From Bacilli bacterium (GTDB taxonomy: Bacteria; Bacillota_I; Bacilli_A; RFN20; CAG-826): a stretch of 64,000 nt of DNA. Position 1 is the first letter of the stretch. The number at the start of each line of letters is the position of its first letter. The DNA is taken from the NCBI GenBank assembly GCA_045598525.1, contig JAZLMH010000028.1:14725-78724 (forward strand), read 5' to 3'. Position numbers and translations under genes: made by a program. The notes beneath the pieces are model-generated. The model ran no database searches. It was not told where the DNA came from and was given only the letters and a program-made list of their open reading frames with translations. Positions 29,700 to 39,784 of the stretch are shown here, in pieces.

Positions 29700-30950
29700 A
29701 TGATTAAGAGAAATATATATTTGCAAAAATTAATAGATCGAATGGATAACGGAATGATAAAAGTCATAACCGGTATTAGAAGATGTGGAAAATCATTTTT
29801 GCTTTTTGAGATTTTTTATAATTATTTAATAGATAATGGAGTGGATAAGTCTCATATAATCACATTGCAGTTAGACGATAGACTTAACATCAAATATCGT
29901 GACCCTGATTGTCTATGCGAATATATACACAGCAAAATCATTGATAACAAAAAGTACTATATATTATTAGACGAAGTTCAATTCGTAAAAGAATTTGAGG
30001 ATGTTTTAAATTCGTTTTTGCATATAAAAAATGTCGATGTGTATGTAACAGGAAGCAATGCAAAATTCCTTTCTAAAGATATCATCACTGAATTCAGAGG
30101 AAGAGGAGACCAAATCTATCTATCGCCTCTGTCTTTCAAAGAATACTTTGATTATTGCAAATTGGATTTTGATGAGGCCTGGAAGGAGTATTCGACTTAT
30201 GGTGGAATGCCATATTTGCTAAAATGCAAAACAGAAGCGCAAAAAATTGAATATTTAGAAAACCTGTTCAAAGAGACATATATAAAAGATATCGTGAACA
30301 GAAATAACTTAAAAAATACCGAGGTTCTTGAGGATTTGTTAAATATTATATCTTCAAGTGTAGGGTCTTTGACAAACCCTAACAAGCTTTCAAACTGTTT
30401 TGAAATGATTAAGAAAGTGGTTGTTGCGCCAAACACTATCAAACAATATTTAGACTACTGTGTTGATTCTTTTTTAATTCAAAAAGCGTATAGATATGAC
30501 GTTAAAGGCAAGCATTATATAGAAACTCCTTTGAAATACTATTTCACAGACATTGGGCTTAGGAATGTTAGGCTGGGTTTTAGGCAACAAGATGAAAGTC
30601 ACTTGATGGAAAACATAATTTATAACGAATTAATCACACATGGTTATAAGGTAGATGTTGGAGTGGTAGAAGTAAGCGAAAAAAATGAGAACAACAACTA
30701 TGTTAGAAAAAAACTAGAAGTAGATTTTATCTGCAACTTTGGATATGAGAGATATTATATTCAATCCGCTTTAAACGTAGATTCCGCCTCAAAAAAAGAA
30801 CAAGAGGAAAAATCACTATTGAACACAAATGATAGCTTCAGAAAAATAATTATTGTCAAAGATAATATTAAAAAATGGAAAGATGAAAAAGGTGTTCTGA
30901 TTCTTGGACTAAAAGAATTCCTAAATAACCCAAAATCAATAGAATCATAA
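29700..30950 (+). CDS. AAA_14 ATPase with DUF4143 C-terminal domain
   Basis: Walker A GIRRCGKS, Walker B ILLDEVQ, 'VTGSN', 'KYYFTDIGLRN', 'EVDF'. Confidence 0.9.
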   Translation: MIKRNIYLQKLIDRMDNGMIKVITGIRRCGKSFLLFEIFYNYLIDNGVDKSHIITLQLDDRLNIKYRDPDCLCEYIHSKIIDNKKYYILLDEVQFVKEFEDVLNSFLHIKNVDVYVTGSNAKFLSKDIITEFRGRGDQIYLSPLSFKEYFDYCKLDFDEAWKEYSTYGGMPYLLKCKTEAQKIEYLENLFKETYIKDIVNRNNLKNTEVLEDLLNIISSSVGSLTNPNKLSNCFEMIKKVVVAPNTIKQYLDYCVDSFLIQKAYRYDVKGKHYIETPLKYYFTDIGLRNVRLGFRQQDESHLMENIIYNELITHGYKVDVGVVEVSEKNENNNYVRKKLEVDFICNFGYERYYIQSALNVDSASKKEQEEKSLLNTNDSFRKIIIVKDNIKKWKDEKGVLILGLKEFLNNPKSIES

Positions 30951-30955
30951 AAATA

Positions 30956-31027
30956 TAAAAGGCAGCCAATTTGAAATGCGCCATTAATTTAACATAATGA
31001 ACTGCATCAACTTAAGCTGCCTTTTTA
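30956..31027. terminator. Bidirectional terminator-like hairpin
   Basis: aaaaggcagc...gctgcctttt between convergent genes. Confidence 0.5.
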
Positions 31028-31031
31028 ATTA

Positions 31032-32555
31032 TTATTTAACTTCTTCAGTAGCAGTGGCTTCTTTAGCTTCTGCTTCAATAGTCTCTTTGAATTCCTCATT
31101 AAGGTCTTCATACGCACTAAGCATTGGAGCAACATCGATACCTTTCTTTCTATCGAAGTAGTTCTTTGTGATCTTAGCGACAAGCGCGCTTAATCCAACA
31201 AGACATATAAGGTTAGGGATTGCCATCAAGCCATTGAATGTATCGCTTATCTCCCACGCTAAGGAAGAAGTGATAACTGCGGATGCGACAATTAAAACAA
31301 CATAGATGATCTTGAATACAAGGATTGCAATATTTCTGCCTTTATCACCTAAGCCCCTGAATAAGAATCCAGTAGCCTTCTCACCATAATATGACCACGC
31401 CATGATTGTGGTGAATGCGAATAACGGAAGAATAACAGTAAATACAATCGTACCGAATATACCAAAGTTAGAACTGAAGACATCCATGATGAATGCTGTG
31501 TCATTAAGTTCAGGACCAATATCAGCAAGATTGACTGATGTTAATAAAAGCAATGCGGTTAATGTACAAACAATGAATGTATCGAAGAAGACTTCGAAGA
31601 TACCCCATAAACCTTGTTTGACTGGTTCTCTTGTTTCACTTGCGGAGTGAGCAATAACGCTAGAACCCAAACCCGCTTCATTAGAGAAGACGCCTCTTGC
31701 CATGCCTTTCTTGATAACGTCTGCGAAGATATAACCAGTAACGCCGCCAGCAAGAGCCTTAACGCCAAACGCGCTAGAGAAGATTGCGGCAAAAGCAGCA
31801 GGAACATTGACGATATGCATGCCAATGCCAACAAGAGCAAGGACGATGAATAAAAGCGACATGAATGGAACAAGTAAAGAAGCAACCTTGCCAATACGCT
31901 TGATGCCACCAACGATGATGATACCAACAAGTAAAGCGACAATGATGCCAATGACAAGCTTGACCCAAAGCTCATTTGAGTTAACAGCATTAGCGATTGT
32001 TCCAGAAATCTTATTAGTCTGAGCGCCGCTCATGCCAATCGCGGCAAACATTGTGAATAAAGCAGCGACATAAGCAAGCCATCTCCATTTGAGGCCATAG
32101 TAGATGTAATAGAAAGCACCACCAGAGAGTTCTTTGTCTTTGCCTTTCTTTCTGAAATATAAGCCAAGAACGTTCTCTGAATAGTTAGTAACCATACCAA
32201 AGAACGCACTGATCCACATCCAGAAAACAGCGCCTGGTCCACCGGTTAAAATAGCAGAAGTGACACCGATGATATTACCTGTGCCAACCGTGCCTGAAAT
32301 AGCGGTTGAGAACGCTTCAAATTGAGAAACAGATTTAGCGCGGCTATCTTTGTTCCCTTTTTTGCCAATGGACTTAACAGTAGGAACGATAGTTTCGTCG
32401 AGCGAAGCTTTGAACTTCCTGACCTGTAAGAACTTGGTCATGATAGTAAGAAGAATACCAGTACCAAGAATAAGGATGATAACTGGCCAACCCCAAACGA
32501 TATCGTTTAGGAAATTGTTAACAGTAGTCACGCCTTCGATGATTTTATCCCACAT
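31032..32555 (-). CDS. Sodium:alanine/glycine symporter (AGCS family)
   Basis: 'GTVGTGNI', 'GGPGAVFWMW', 'RGVFSNEAGLGS', 'FAFTTIMAWSYYGE', 'MAIPNL'. Confidence 0.95.
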   Translation of the reverse strand: MWDKIIEGVTTVNNFLNDIVWGWPVIILILGTGILLTIMTKFLQVRKFKASLDETIVPTVKSIGKKGNKDSRAKSVSQFEAFSTAISGTVGTGNIIGVTSAILTGGPGAVFWMWISAFFGMVTNYSENVLGLYFRKKGKDKELSGGAFYYIYYGLKWRWLAYVAALFTMFAAIGMSGAQTNKISGTIANAVNSNELWVKLVIGIIVALLVGIIIVGGIKRIGKVASLLVPFMSLLFIVLALVGIGMHIVNVPAAFAAIFSSAFGVKALAGGVTGYIFADVIKKGMARGVFSNEAGLGSSVIAHSASETREPVKQGLWGIFEVFFDTFIVCTLTALLLLTSVNLADIGPELNDTAFIMDVFSSNFGIFGTIVFTVILPLFAFTTIMAWSYYGEKATGFLFRGLGDKGRNIAILVFKIIYVVLIVASAVITSSLAWEISDTFNGLMAIPNLICLVGLSALVAKITKNYFDRKKGIDVAPMLSAYEDLNEEFKETIEAEAKEATATEEVK

Positions 32556-32587
32556 AGGAGATCTCCCTTCTCTCTTCTTTGATAAAC

Positions 32588-32611
32588 AAAAAAGAGTCAA
32601 ACTTGTGACTC
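32588..32611 (-). terminator. Riboswitch expression-platform terminator
   Basis: Minus strand gagtca-caagtt-tgactc-tttttt between the aptamers and the RBS. Confidence 0.65.
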
Positions 32612-32647
32612 CGATAAAACACGTCCCTTAGACTAGTAAGAAACATA

Positions 32648-32786
32648 TTTCTCCGTCCTTTTACCTGAGAGATTAACACCTTCGGTATCTAAATAGACTT
32701 CTCCGGAGCGCTATCGGTTTATAGTCTATTTACCTGAGAGCGTTACTCCTTCGGTGGGCAGTTTGGTGCGCCTTTCCTATAAACTT
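32648..32786 (-). ncRNA. Tandem glycine riboswitch
   Basis: Two aptamers on the minus strand: GGAAAG..CCGAAGGAG..CTCTCAGGT and GGAGA..CCGAAGG..CTCTCAGGTAAAAGGAC, upstream of an AGCS symporter. Confidence 0.93.
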
Positions 32787-32804
32787 CAACTAGCTTACGT
32801 ATCT

Positions 32805-32833
32805 ATTTTAGTAAATAAGTTGCGAGCACGCAA
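32805..32833 (-). promoter_or_regulatory. Sigma-A promoter of the riboswitch/symporter transcript
   Basis: TTGCGT-17 nt-TAAAAT on the minus strand. Confidence 0.6.
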
Positions 32834-32960
32834 AATAAAAAACATATAAGCGGTTTCATGGATATGGCTAATCGAAAAATCAACAGCACCAATTATTGAG
32901 TAGAACCATTCATAAACGATGAGCTCCACATAGAAAACAGTGCTGTAAATAATGAAATTT

Positions 32961-33071
32961 TTGGAAAAATCCCATTTTCGCATCAAAAAAAGTTTGGAAA
33001 AATCCGTTTTTCGGGGTCAAAAAGTATTGGAAAAATCCCATTTTTGGCCTTAAAAAGTATTGGAAAAATCC
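32961..33071. repeat. Four direct copies of TTGGAAAAATCC at an exact 33-bp period
   Basis: Copies start at 32961, 32994, 33027 and 33060. Confidence 0.9.
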
Positions 33072-33309
33072 TTTTGATGCCAAAATCATTCGATAAAAAC
33101 TTGGTTAATTGCAATTTTACCTGATCGCTTAAAAAGCCTCCGTCTGATTCGCGGGATTTTCTTTCCTAAAACCTCAATTAGTTTGCGTAGAAACGATATA
33201 GAAAAACGTCTGATTTACGGACCTTGTTTATAAACCTTTCATTACAGCATTTTGTTTTTGTTTATAATTAAAGATGTCAAAATTGGATCGGGACAGTGGA
33301 GTCAACCTT

Positions 33310-33972
33310 ATGAGTATATTTGATACTAAATGGATAGTTACCTTTAATTATTCAAATAGCGTTCTGTCTTTAGACAAAAAAGACACGATTGAAATAATGG
33401 CCTCAAGTGACTGGGATGCTAGAAGCAAAGCTAAGGCTATCTTAAAAACAAAATACAAGTACTTTGATATCGTTGACGTACGTTCTTTTGAGGCTGAATC
33501 AAATGCGATAGAAGAAAAAAAGCGTGAATTAGAAAAGGAGAGAAAACTTTTAGAGCGAGAAAGATGGCTTAATTCGCTTACGGAAGAAGAACGAAAAAAT
33601 GCATTAGCCAAAGAAGAGGAAGAACTAAAAACGTTGGCAGATAATTATGATCCAGAAGAAGAACTTAAATGGTTTTATGGAGAAAGCCGTCCTATTAGAT
33701 CACAAAGATTAAAAAGGAATGCCATTTTGATACCATCTATTTTTACTGGAATGTTTTCTATGGGGTTCATTGCGATTTTAATCATTTGGATTACTTTTGT
33801 AGTGTCAATCGAAAGCGACCCTTTCTCGGACTACAACATAACTGCAACGATGTGGCTGTTAATACCTAGCGTAATTCTTACCATTGGAACAATTGTTTTA
33901 TTGGTGTTTGGCATTATTGCTAATAACAAATTAAAGAAAATGGAGAAGATGAAAGATGGCAGAAAAAATTGA
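33310..33972 (+). CDS. Hypothetical membrane protein (small N-terminal domain, coiled coil, 2 TM)
   Basis: GGAG RBS before ATG 33310; TATAAT at 33263; overlaps the next gene. Confidence 0.65.
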   Translation: MSIFDTKWIVTFNYSNSVLSLDKKDTIEIMASSDWDARSKAKAILKTKYKYFDIVDVRSFEAESNAIEEKKRELEKERKLLERERWLNSLTEEERKNALAKEEEELKTLADNYDPEEELKWFYGESRPIRSQRLKRNAILIPSIFTGMFSMGFIAILIIWITFVVSIESDPFSDYNITATMWLLIPSVILTIGTIVLLVFGIIANNKLKKMEKMKDGRKN

Positions 33973-34831
33973 TTACATAGTTAGAAGCCTCAGCAAAGGC
34001 ACGACAAAAAAATACGAAACATACGTCGTTAACGCTATCTGGCAGAAATTAAACAACACCAACATCGAGTTTGTTACTCAGCAATACGTAAAAACGGAAT
34101 CGGCAAGAAGATATATTGATATGTATTTTCCTCAGATCAAGTTTGCCATCGAGGTTGATGAAGGCTATCACGACAACGAACTTCAGACGATCAAAGATAA
34201 TAAAAGAATGGATAACATCAAAACAGCCTTTTTAGATTCTATTCTTTTTGACAAAGAAAAAGATATTGAATTCCTTAGAGTCAAGATTGTCGAAAACGGA
34301 AAGCAGTCATCAATAGAAAAACTTGATGCCGATATCGATAAAGCAGTTTCCATTATCAAAGCGAAATACGAAAAAATAGGATCCCCTAAATGGATTTATG
34401 ATCAAGAAGAAAAAATCAAAGAGATCATTTCCAGAGGATACATTAAAAGAGGTGACTGCATTGATAAGATGATTCCGATAATGAAGATTTTTGGTCAAAA
34501 CCTTCCATGTTGCAGAAAATGCTATTATGAAGTTAATGGAGGTTTTGTTTGGTCTCCAACCCTCTCGGTTAATGACTCAGATTGCAATGGTTGGGTGAAC
34601 ACAATTTCCGAGGACTTATCAACGATATATGAAAAAGGAAAAAGCAAAAGCAAAGCTAATGCTGACTATGATATTAAAAACGGAACTAAGAGATTTACGT
34701 TTTTGAAATTCAAAGACTCCCTAGGAAATAAAAATAGAAGGTTCCTTGGTGTATATAAAGCAACAGGGTTCGATCAAAATAATCAAACTGAGATTTGGAC
34801 CATTGTCGACGACATAGCACCAATTAGATGA
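33956..34831 (+). CDS. AbaSI/PvuRts1I-family modification-dependent restriction endonuclease
   Basis: 'YETYVVNAIW..L', 'TQQYV', 'YIDMYFPQ..AIEVDEGYH', C-terminal 'WVNTIS.D..IYE' and 'RFLGVY'. Confidence 0.75.
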   Translation: MAEKIDYIVRSLSKGTTKKYETYVVNAIWQKLNNTNIEFVTQQYVKTESARRYIDMYFPQIKFAIEVDEGYHDNELQTIKDNKRMDNIKTAFLDSILFDKEKDIEFLRVKIVENGKQSSIEKLDADIDKAVSIIKAKYEKIGSPKWIYDQEEKIKEIISRGYIKRGDCIDKMIPIMKIFGQNLPCCRKCYYEVNGGFVWSPTLSVNDSDCNGWVNTISEDLSTIYEKGKSKSKANADYDIKNGTKRFTFLKFKDSLGNKNRRFLGVYKATGFDQNNQTEIWTIVDDIAPIR

Positions 34832-34859
34832 AAAAGCCTCCGATTCGTTCGGAGGCTTT
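34831..34859. terminator. Bidirectional terminator
   Basis: aaagcctccga-ttcgt-tcggaggcttt. Confidence 0.75.
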
Positions 34860-34879
34860 GTCTTTTAAATAAACAAGTA

Positions 34880-35749
34880 TTATCTATGCTTAGCGTGGAA
34901 GGAAACCGCAACGCCATCTGGTCCGCTATGTGCGCCAGCAGTAGGGTTAACGACAACCTTTTCGATATTTAAATCTTCGCCAAACTTCTCTTTAAGCATG
35001 GTGGTTAATTTCTTAACTAACAATGGAGCGTCAGTATGCCCAACGACAAATACGTGGTTCTTGATATCATCGCCAAGATCTTCGACATATCTGATAAGTG
35101 CTTTTAAAGCGTTTCCTTGGCCTGTGACTTTTCCAATAGAACCCATGATACCTTTATCGTTGATGGAGATGATAGGCTTGATGCCAATGATTCCACCCAT
35201 GAATCCAGCAAATCCAGAGACACGTCCTGATTTAGCAAAGAACTTCAAATCATCCGCAAAGAAGTAACATGCGAAATGCTGTCTTTCCTTTTCGCCATAT
35301 TTGACGATTTCATCAAGAGTCTTGCCTGCTTTGTATAAGTTAAGCATCTCTTTGACAAGAGGATAAGCGCCGATAGTCATAGACATTGTGTCGAAGTGAA
35401 CAAATCTAGCGTTTGGATATTTAGCGCTTAATGAGTGAACAGCTTGGTCCATAGCCTCGAAGGTGTTTGTCATTGCTGCGCTGAAATGGATATAAAGGAT
35501 TTCGTCGCTATTTGCAAAATAAGGCTCAAACATCTTCATGTAGTTTGCAGGGCTTAATGCTGCGGTAGTAGGGATAGTCCCTTTTCTAAGCGTGTTGTAA
35601 TAGGTATGAGGATCGAATTCTTCGAAATCAATATATGGATAAACTTCTTCACCGTTAACGAAGTATGGCATGGAAATGAGGTTTACCCCATATTCATCCG
35701 CCATCTTTTTGGTGATATCGCAATCTGAGTCAACAAAAATACGTAACAT
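34880..35749 (-). CDS. DegV-family fatty-acid-binding protein
   Basis: 'IFVDSDCD', 'PTTAALSP', 'KSGRVS', 'IKPII', 'GAHSGP'; RBS GGAGG. Confidence 0.92.
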   Translation of the reverse strand: MLRIFVDSDCDITKKMADEYGVNLISMPYFVNGEEVYPYIDFEEFDPHTYYNTLRKGTIPTTAALSPANYMKMFEPYFANSDEILYIHFSAAMTNTFEAMDQAVHSLSAKYPNARFVHFDTMSMTIGAYPLVKEMLNLYKAGKTLDEIVKYGEKERQHFACYFFADDLKFFAKSGRVSGFAGFMGGIIGIKPIISINDKGIMGSIGKVTGQGNALKALIRYVEDLGDDIKNHVFVVGHTDAPLLVKKLTTMLKEKFGEDLNIEKVVVNPTAGAHSGPDGVAVSFHAKHR

Positions 35750-35948
35750 AGTCTTTCCTCCAGTAAGATTATACAAAGTATAGCAAATATCGAATATTTT
35801 AGATAGGTTTTGTTTTTTAAGCAAAAATGTTCATTTTATTGCGGCGCACCTAAGATAATCTGCGATATAAGCAAAACAAATATTGATACCAACCGCCAAA
35901 TAAAAATATAATAATTTTTATATTATTTAAGAATTCGGAGAATCTGAT

Positions 35949-38327
35949 ATGTATAGTTGCTCTTTCCTGGTTGAGAAGAAAATAAAACGTCTCAGCGGTC
36001 TTTCTTTCAGGCCGAACATTCAAATCAACGGAAGCAAGCTCCTCAAGCTTCTCACAAACGAACCAGACTCCATCGATGGCAATATGTTAAATATTGCTGC
36101 TCAGGTTCTTGAAAAATACCCAAACGCTAAAGAACTATATATTTCAGAGGACGACACAATCACCAATGAAACCGCTGATTCAGACATCCAAGAAGATCAA
36201 GCGAATATCAGCATTGCTTTTGAAAATGAAGAGGACAACGCTCCAAAGACCAAAAAAGTATCTAAAAAATTCATATTGTTTGACACATTCTCAATAGCCA
36301 TTCTTTTATCCATATTCTTCCTTAATGTCTTTGGCTGCATCGTATGTGGATTTGAAGTTAAGGATCTGTTCGTTTATCTTGGGCCGCTTAGCGCCGCTAC
36401 ATTTGCAATAACCGTTTCGTTTTTGCTTATTAAACCTAAGGACGATGGAAAATTTTTCCGTGCAAGGCTTATCTCATCGATCGCAAATATCGCATCGGCT
36501 TTAGGCTGGGCCGCGCTTGCGTATGAATACCATGTTGGAGTGGCCATTGCCATCTATGGAGACCGTTTCTTTGGGAGAGGCCCGCTTTGGTGGATTCCTG
36601 CCGTTGCAGTCATAGTGACGAGCTTCCTCTATCTTTTAACCTCCTTGGCTTATCTAGCTCTTCTTTTGATTATGGGCCACAAAAACAAAGCCAAAAAAGA
36701 AGAGGAAATAAAGAAAAAGGTACCTTTAATCCCAAGTGTCCTTACAATCGCAGTCCCTCTTCTTGTCGTGTCATCCTTAACGTTTGGCCTTGCCAGGTAT
36801 TCGTTGACCCCTATGGATGCGATAGAAGACAACGTTCTTACGAGAGTCTGGAACGATAAACTTGAAAGTTACGAAATCCCTGAGGGAATTAAGGAAATAG
36901 GGGACAAAGCATTTTATTACTGCAGAGGTCTCAAAAGCGTGACCATCCCAGATTCTGTCACCTCCATTGGCGATTACGCTTTTTATGGATGCGATTCGCT
37001 GAAAGAGATTGAAATTCCGTCTACCGTCAAAGAAATTGGCTTTTGTGCTTTCTCGGGTTGCGCCTCCATCTTGAAAGTAGACATCCCCTCCGGCGTCACT
37101 AAAATCGGCAATTACGCCTTCGAAAATTGCACTTCCCTAAAGAACATAACCATCCCTTCCAGCGCCACCTCCATCGGCAATAACGTTTTCTATGGTTGTT
37201 CTTCTATCGTGTTGGCGAAACTTCCTTCAAGTCTCCTCAAATTGATAAACGAAATTGAATCCATAAGAGAAGTGGTGATTACGGAAAACTGTGAATCTCT
37301 CCCTGATCGCGCCTTCTATAGAATGCCATCTCTTAAGACCGTCAAGATCCCTTCAAGCGTCGCCTCCATCGGTAACGAAGCCTTCTCTTACTGCGCGTCT
37401 CTTACAAGTGCTGAACTCCCTTCGAGTGTTATTTCCATCGGCAGAAGCGCCTTCTACGGCTGCACCTCCCTCGAAACCATAACCATCCCTTCCAGCGTCA
37501 CTGAAATTGGCGATTTCGCTTTTGAAGGGTGCAGAAGCCTCAAAAGCATAGCCATTCCTGAAGGTGTATCATTCACTGGAAATTACACCTTCCGAAGCTG
37601 CACCTCCCTGACCAGCGTTATACTCCCTTCCGGCCTCACTGGCATCGGTGATTCTGCATTCGGTAATTGTATCTCTCTTGAAAATATCGCGATCCCTTCT
37701 AGCGTTACTAAAATCGGTAATTCCGCTTTCATGGGTTGCAAAGCTCTAACCAACGTCACCATCCCAGGTTCGGTCCGCTCCATCGGTAACGAAGTCTTCT
37801 CCGGCTGCGCCTCCCTCACGAGTGTCGCCATCCCAGGTTCGGTCCACTCCATCGGTAACGAAGTCTTCTACGGCTGCACCTCCCTCGAATCAGTGACGCT
37901 TCCTTCAGGCTGTCTCAGATCGATAAGCGGAAACAAGACGATAAGAGAAGTTGTGATTGCAGAAGGCAGCAGCTCAATCCCTTATGACGCCTTCCGTGGC
38001 TGCTCCTCCCTGACCAACGTAGCCATCCCGGATTCTGTCACCTCCATCGGCAAATACGCTTTTGACGGCTGCTCCTCCCTCACGAGCATAACCATCCCAG
38101 ATTCTGTCACCTCCATTGGCGATCACGTTTTCGGATATTGCACATCCCTAACGAGCGTGACCATCCCTTCCTGCGTCACCTCCATCGGCGAATACGCTTT
38201 CGAATATTGTCACTCCCTAACCGACATTTACTGCGAGGCTACGTCAATGCCTAGCGGTTGGCATCCGTACTGGGCTTCTGGATGTGGCGCCACAGTCCAC
38301 TGGGGATCAACAGAATCTCAAAACTAA
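35949..38327 (+). CDS. Membrane-anchored BspA-type leucine-rich-repeat protein
   Basis: About 5 TM segments followed by many 23-aa 'C.SL.S.TIPxSVTSIG..AF' repeats. Confidence 0.88.
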   Translation: MYSCSFLVEKKIKRLSGLSFRPNIQINGSKLLKLLTNEPDSIDGNMLNIAAQVLEKYPNAKELYISEDDTITNETADSDIQEDQANISIAFENEEDNAPKTKKVSKKFILFDTFSIAILLSIFFLNVFGCIVCGFEVKDLFVYLGPLSAATFAITVSFLLIKPKDDGKFFRARLISSIANIASALGWAALAYEYHVGVAIAIYGDRFFGRGPLWWIPAVAVIVTSFLYLLTSLAYLALLLIMGHKNKAKKEEEIKKKVPLIPSVLTIAVPLLVVSSLTFGLARYSLTPMDAIEDNVLTRVWNDKLESYEIPEGIKEIGDKAFYYCRGLKSVTIPDSVTSIGDYAFYGCDSLKEIEIPSTVKEIGFCAFSGCASILKVDIPSGVTKIGNYAFENCTSLKNITIPSSATSIGNNVFYGCSSIVLAKLPSSLLKLINEIESIREVVITENCESLPDRAFYRMPSLKTVKIPSSVASIGNEAFSYCASLTSAELPSSVISIGRSAFYGCTSLETITIPSSVTEIGDFAFEGCRSLKSIAIPEGVSFTGNYTFRSCTSLTSVILPSGLTGIGDSAFGNCISLENIAIPSSVTKIGNSAFMGCKALTNVTIPGSVRSIGNEVFSGCASLTSVAIPGSVHSIGNEVFYGCTSLESVTLPSGCLRSISGNKTIREVVIAEGSSSIPYDAFRGCSSLTNVAIPDSVTSIGKYAFDGCSSLTSITIPDSVTSIGDHVFGYCTSLTSVTIPSCVTSIGEYAFEYCHSLTDIYCEATSMPSGWHPYWASGCGATVHWGSTESQN

Positions 38328-38341
38328 TAACCGTTAACAAG

Positions 38342-38369
38342 AAAAGGTACCGCAAATCGGTACCTTTTT
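38342..38369. terminator. Bidirectional terminator
   Basis: aaaaggtaccg-caaat-cggtacctttttt. Confidence 0.8.
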
Positions 38370-38388
38370 AATGTTGCTAGGTTTAGTG

Positions 38389-39288
38389 CTAGTCTTTGTA
38401 TTTCCAAAGAGGGATATAGACTGAACACTTTCTCTGATAGTTCTTGTATTCAGGATATTTTGATTTGGAGATATTCTCAGCAAGAATAGTGGAAGCAACA
38501 AATATAAGAAGAAGCAACACACATCCAATAATAGAAGGGTTAATAAGCGCTACAGGACCAAACTCAGGCCAAAGAACAGTGACGCTAGAGGCGAATAAGC
38601 TGATCCATTGTCCGTTTTCACCAAGGTAATTTGGGTGACGGGCGTGTCCCCATAAACCTGTTGTGTTGAATCCTTTGTTATATGGAGCAGGAAGTTCTTC
38701 AAGCTTCTTGCCTTCTTTTAGCATCTTCTTTTTCGTTTCTTGGAATTTCCATTGCTGCTCATCCGCAACAGTCTCAAGAACAAAGAATCCAGCAAAACAT
38801 AAGAGAGTGATGATATCACCAACACCAAATGGAGTGGTTGATCCAACCATCATTAAGGCTGGTAAGACAATAAGAAGAACGACGAAATTCTGATAGAAAG
38901 AGATGAAGAATAAGTTGAATAAAGACCAGACGAATTTGTTCTGGAATATCTTGAATCCATGGACAATCTGCCATCTATAGTCTTCGACACCAGTCCAGAA
39001 CTTCCATGAGTAAGCGCCTTTTCTTGCGAAGTTGATTGTAAGTCTAGCTCCCCAAGCGGTAACAAGAAGAGCAATAAGGATTAGTCTAAGATTCATGCCA
39101 CCCATTCCTGCGATAACCCAAGCGTATACTGGAGGTAATAAGCTCCATAATTTGTCCATCTGCGAATAGTTTTTCGTGATCTCTCCGACGATGAAGCAGT
39201 AAAGTATAGCGACACCGCATATAATGCCAAGCACCATCAAAATGTTTAGCTTTAGTGGCGCAAATGCAAAGTTGATCAATTCTTCCAT
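38389..39288 (-). CDS. DUF1295 / steroid 5-alpha-reductase-like membrane protein
   Basis: 'NYSQMDKLWS', 'WGARLT', 'EDYRW', 'ADEQQ', 'GLWGHARHPNYLGE'. Confidence 0.85.
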   Translation of the reverse strand: MEELINFAFAPLKLNILMVLGIICGVAILYCFIVGEITKNYSQMDKLWSLLPPVYAWVIAGMGGMNLRLILIALLVTAWGARLTINFARKGAYSWKFWTGVEDYRWQIVHGFKIFQNKFVWSLFNLFFISFYQNFVVLLIVLPALMMVGSTTPFGVGDIITLLCFAGFFVLETVADEQQWKFQETKKKMLKEGKKLEELPAPYNKGFNTTGLWGHARHPNYLGENGQWISLFASSVTVLWPEFGPVALINPSIIGCVLLLLIFVASTILAENISKSKYPEYKNYQRKCSVYIPLWKYKD

Positions 39289-39447
39289 AACGAGAATCCT
39301 TTCAAAATCTGATACATACTCTAGCAAATATAGCGATAAACGAAAACACTAAAAAACTTATTAAGAAAGTTCTAAATATGAAGATTTATTGATGAAGGAA
39401 TGCTATTCTTATAGCTAGAAAAAGAAAATATTAGGAAGGCCGATAAT

Positions 39448-39765
39448 ATGGATATCAGACTTAACGCAATAGAGCATTCGCTTGAACTTTTGGAAAACAC
39501 AGACATTTTCGAAAATGTCCTTAAAGGATTCATGAACAAAGAAATCAATGGGATTTCATCGATCCAAAGAAAATTTGCCATCGGATTCCCTAAAGCTTCC
39601 GCTATAGTGCTCGTCTTATCTGAGCTTGGCTACATCAAGGAAGATAAGCAGTCCAAATACGAATATGACAAATATCCTGATGCTATCCTTGAGGTCATGA
39701 AAAAAGAAGACGCCCTTTCGCTCAAAGAGGCATTAAAATCCGCAATAAACAGTCTTAAACAATAA
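39448..39765 (+). CDS. Small protein with FtsK-gamma-like winged helix
   Basis: 'ISSIQRKFAIGFPKASAIV..LSELGYI' resembles the FtsK gamma motif S.LQR...IGY.RA. Confidence 0.6.
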   Translation: MDIRLNAIEHSLELLENTDIFENVLKGFMNKEINGISSIQRKFAIGFPKASAIVLVLSELGYIKEDKQSKYEYDKYPDAILEVMKKEDALSLKEALKSAINSLKQ

Positions 39766-39784
39766 ATATAAAGAGGAATAAAAC

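Noticed and set aside
32795-32986. 63-aa minus-strand ORF
   Set aside because: No RBS or recognisable motif; runs through the repeat array and the riboswitch promoter
32961-33071. CRISPR mini-array
   Set aside because: Repeat is only 12 bp, the 21-bp linkers resemble each other, and there are no cas genes
35949-38327. Diversity-generating retroelement target/template repeats
   Set aside because: No reverse transcriptase; repeats are ordinary LRR units without adenine-specific mismatches
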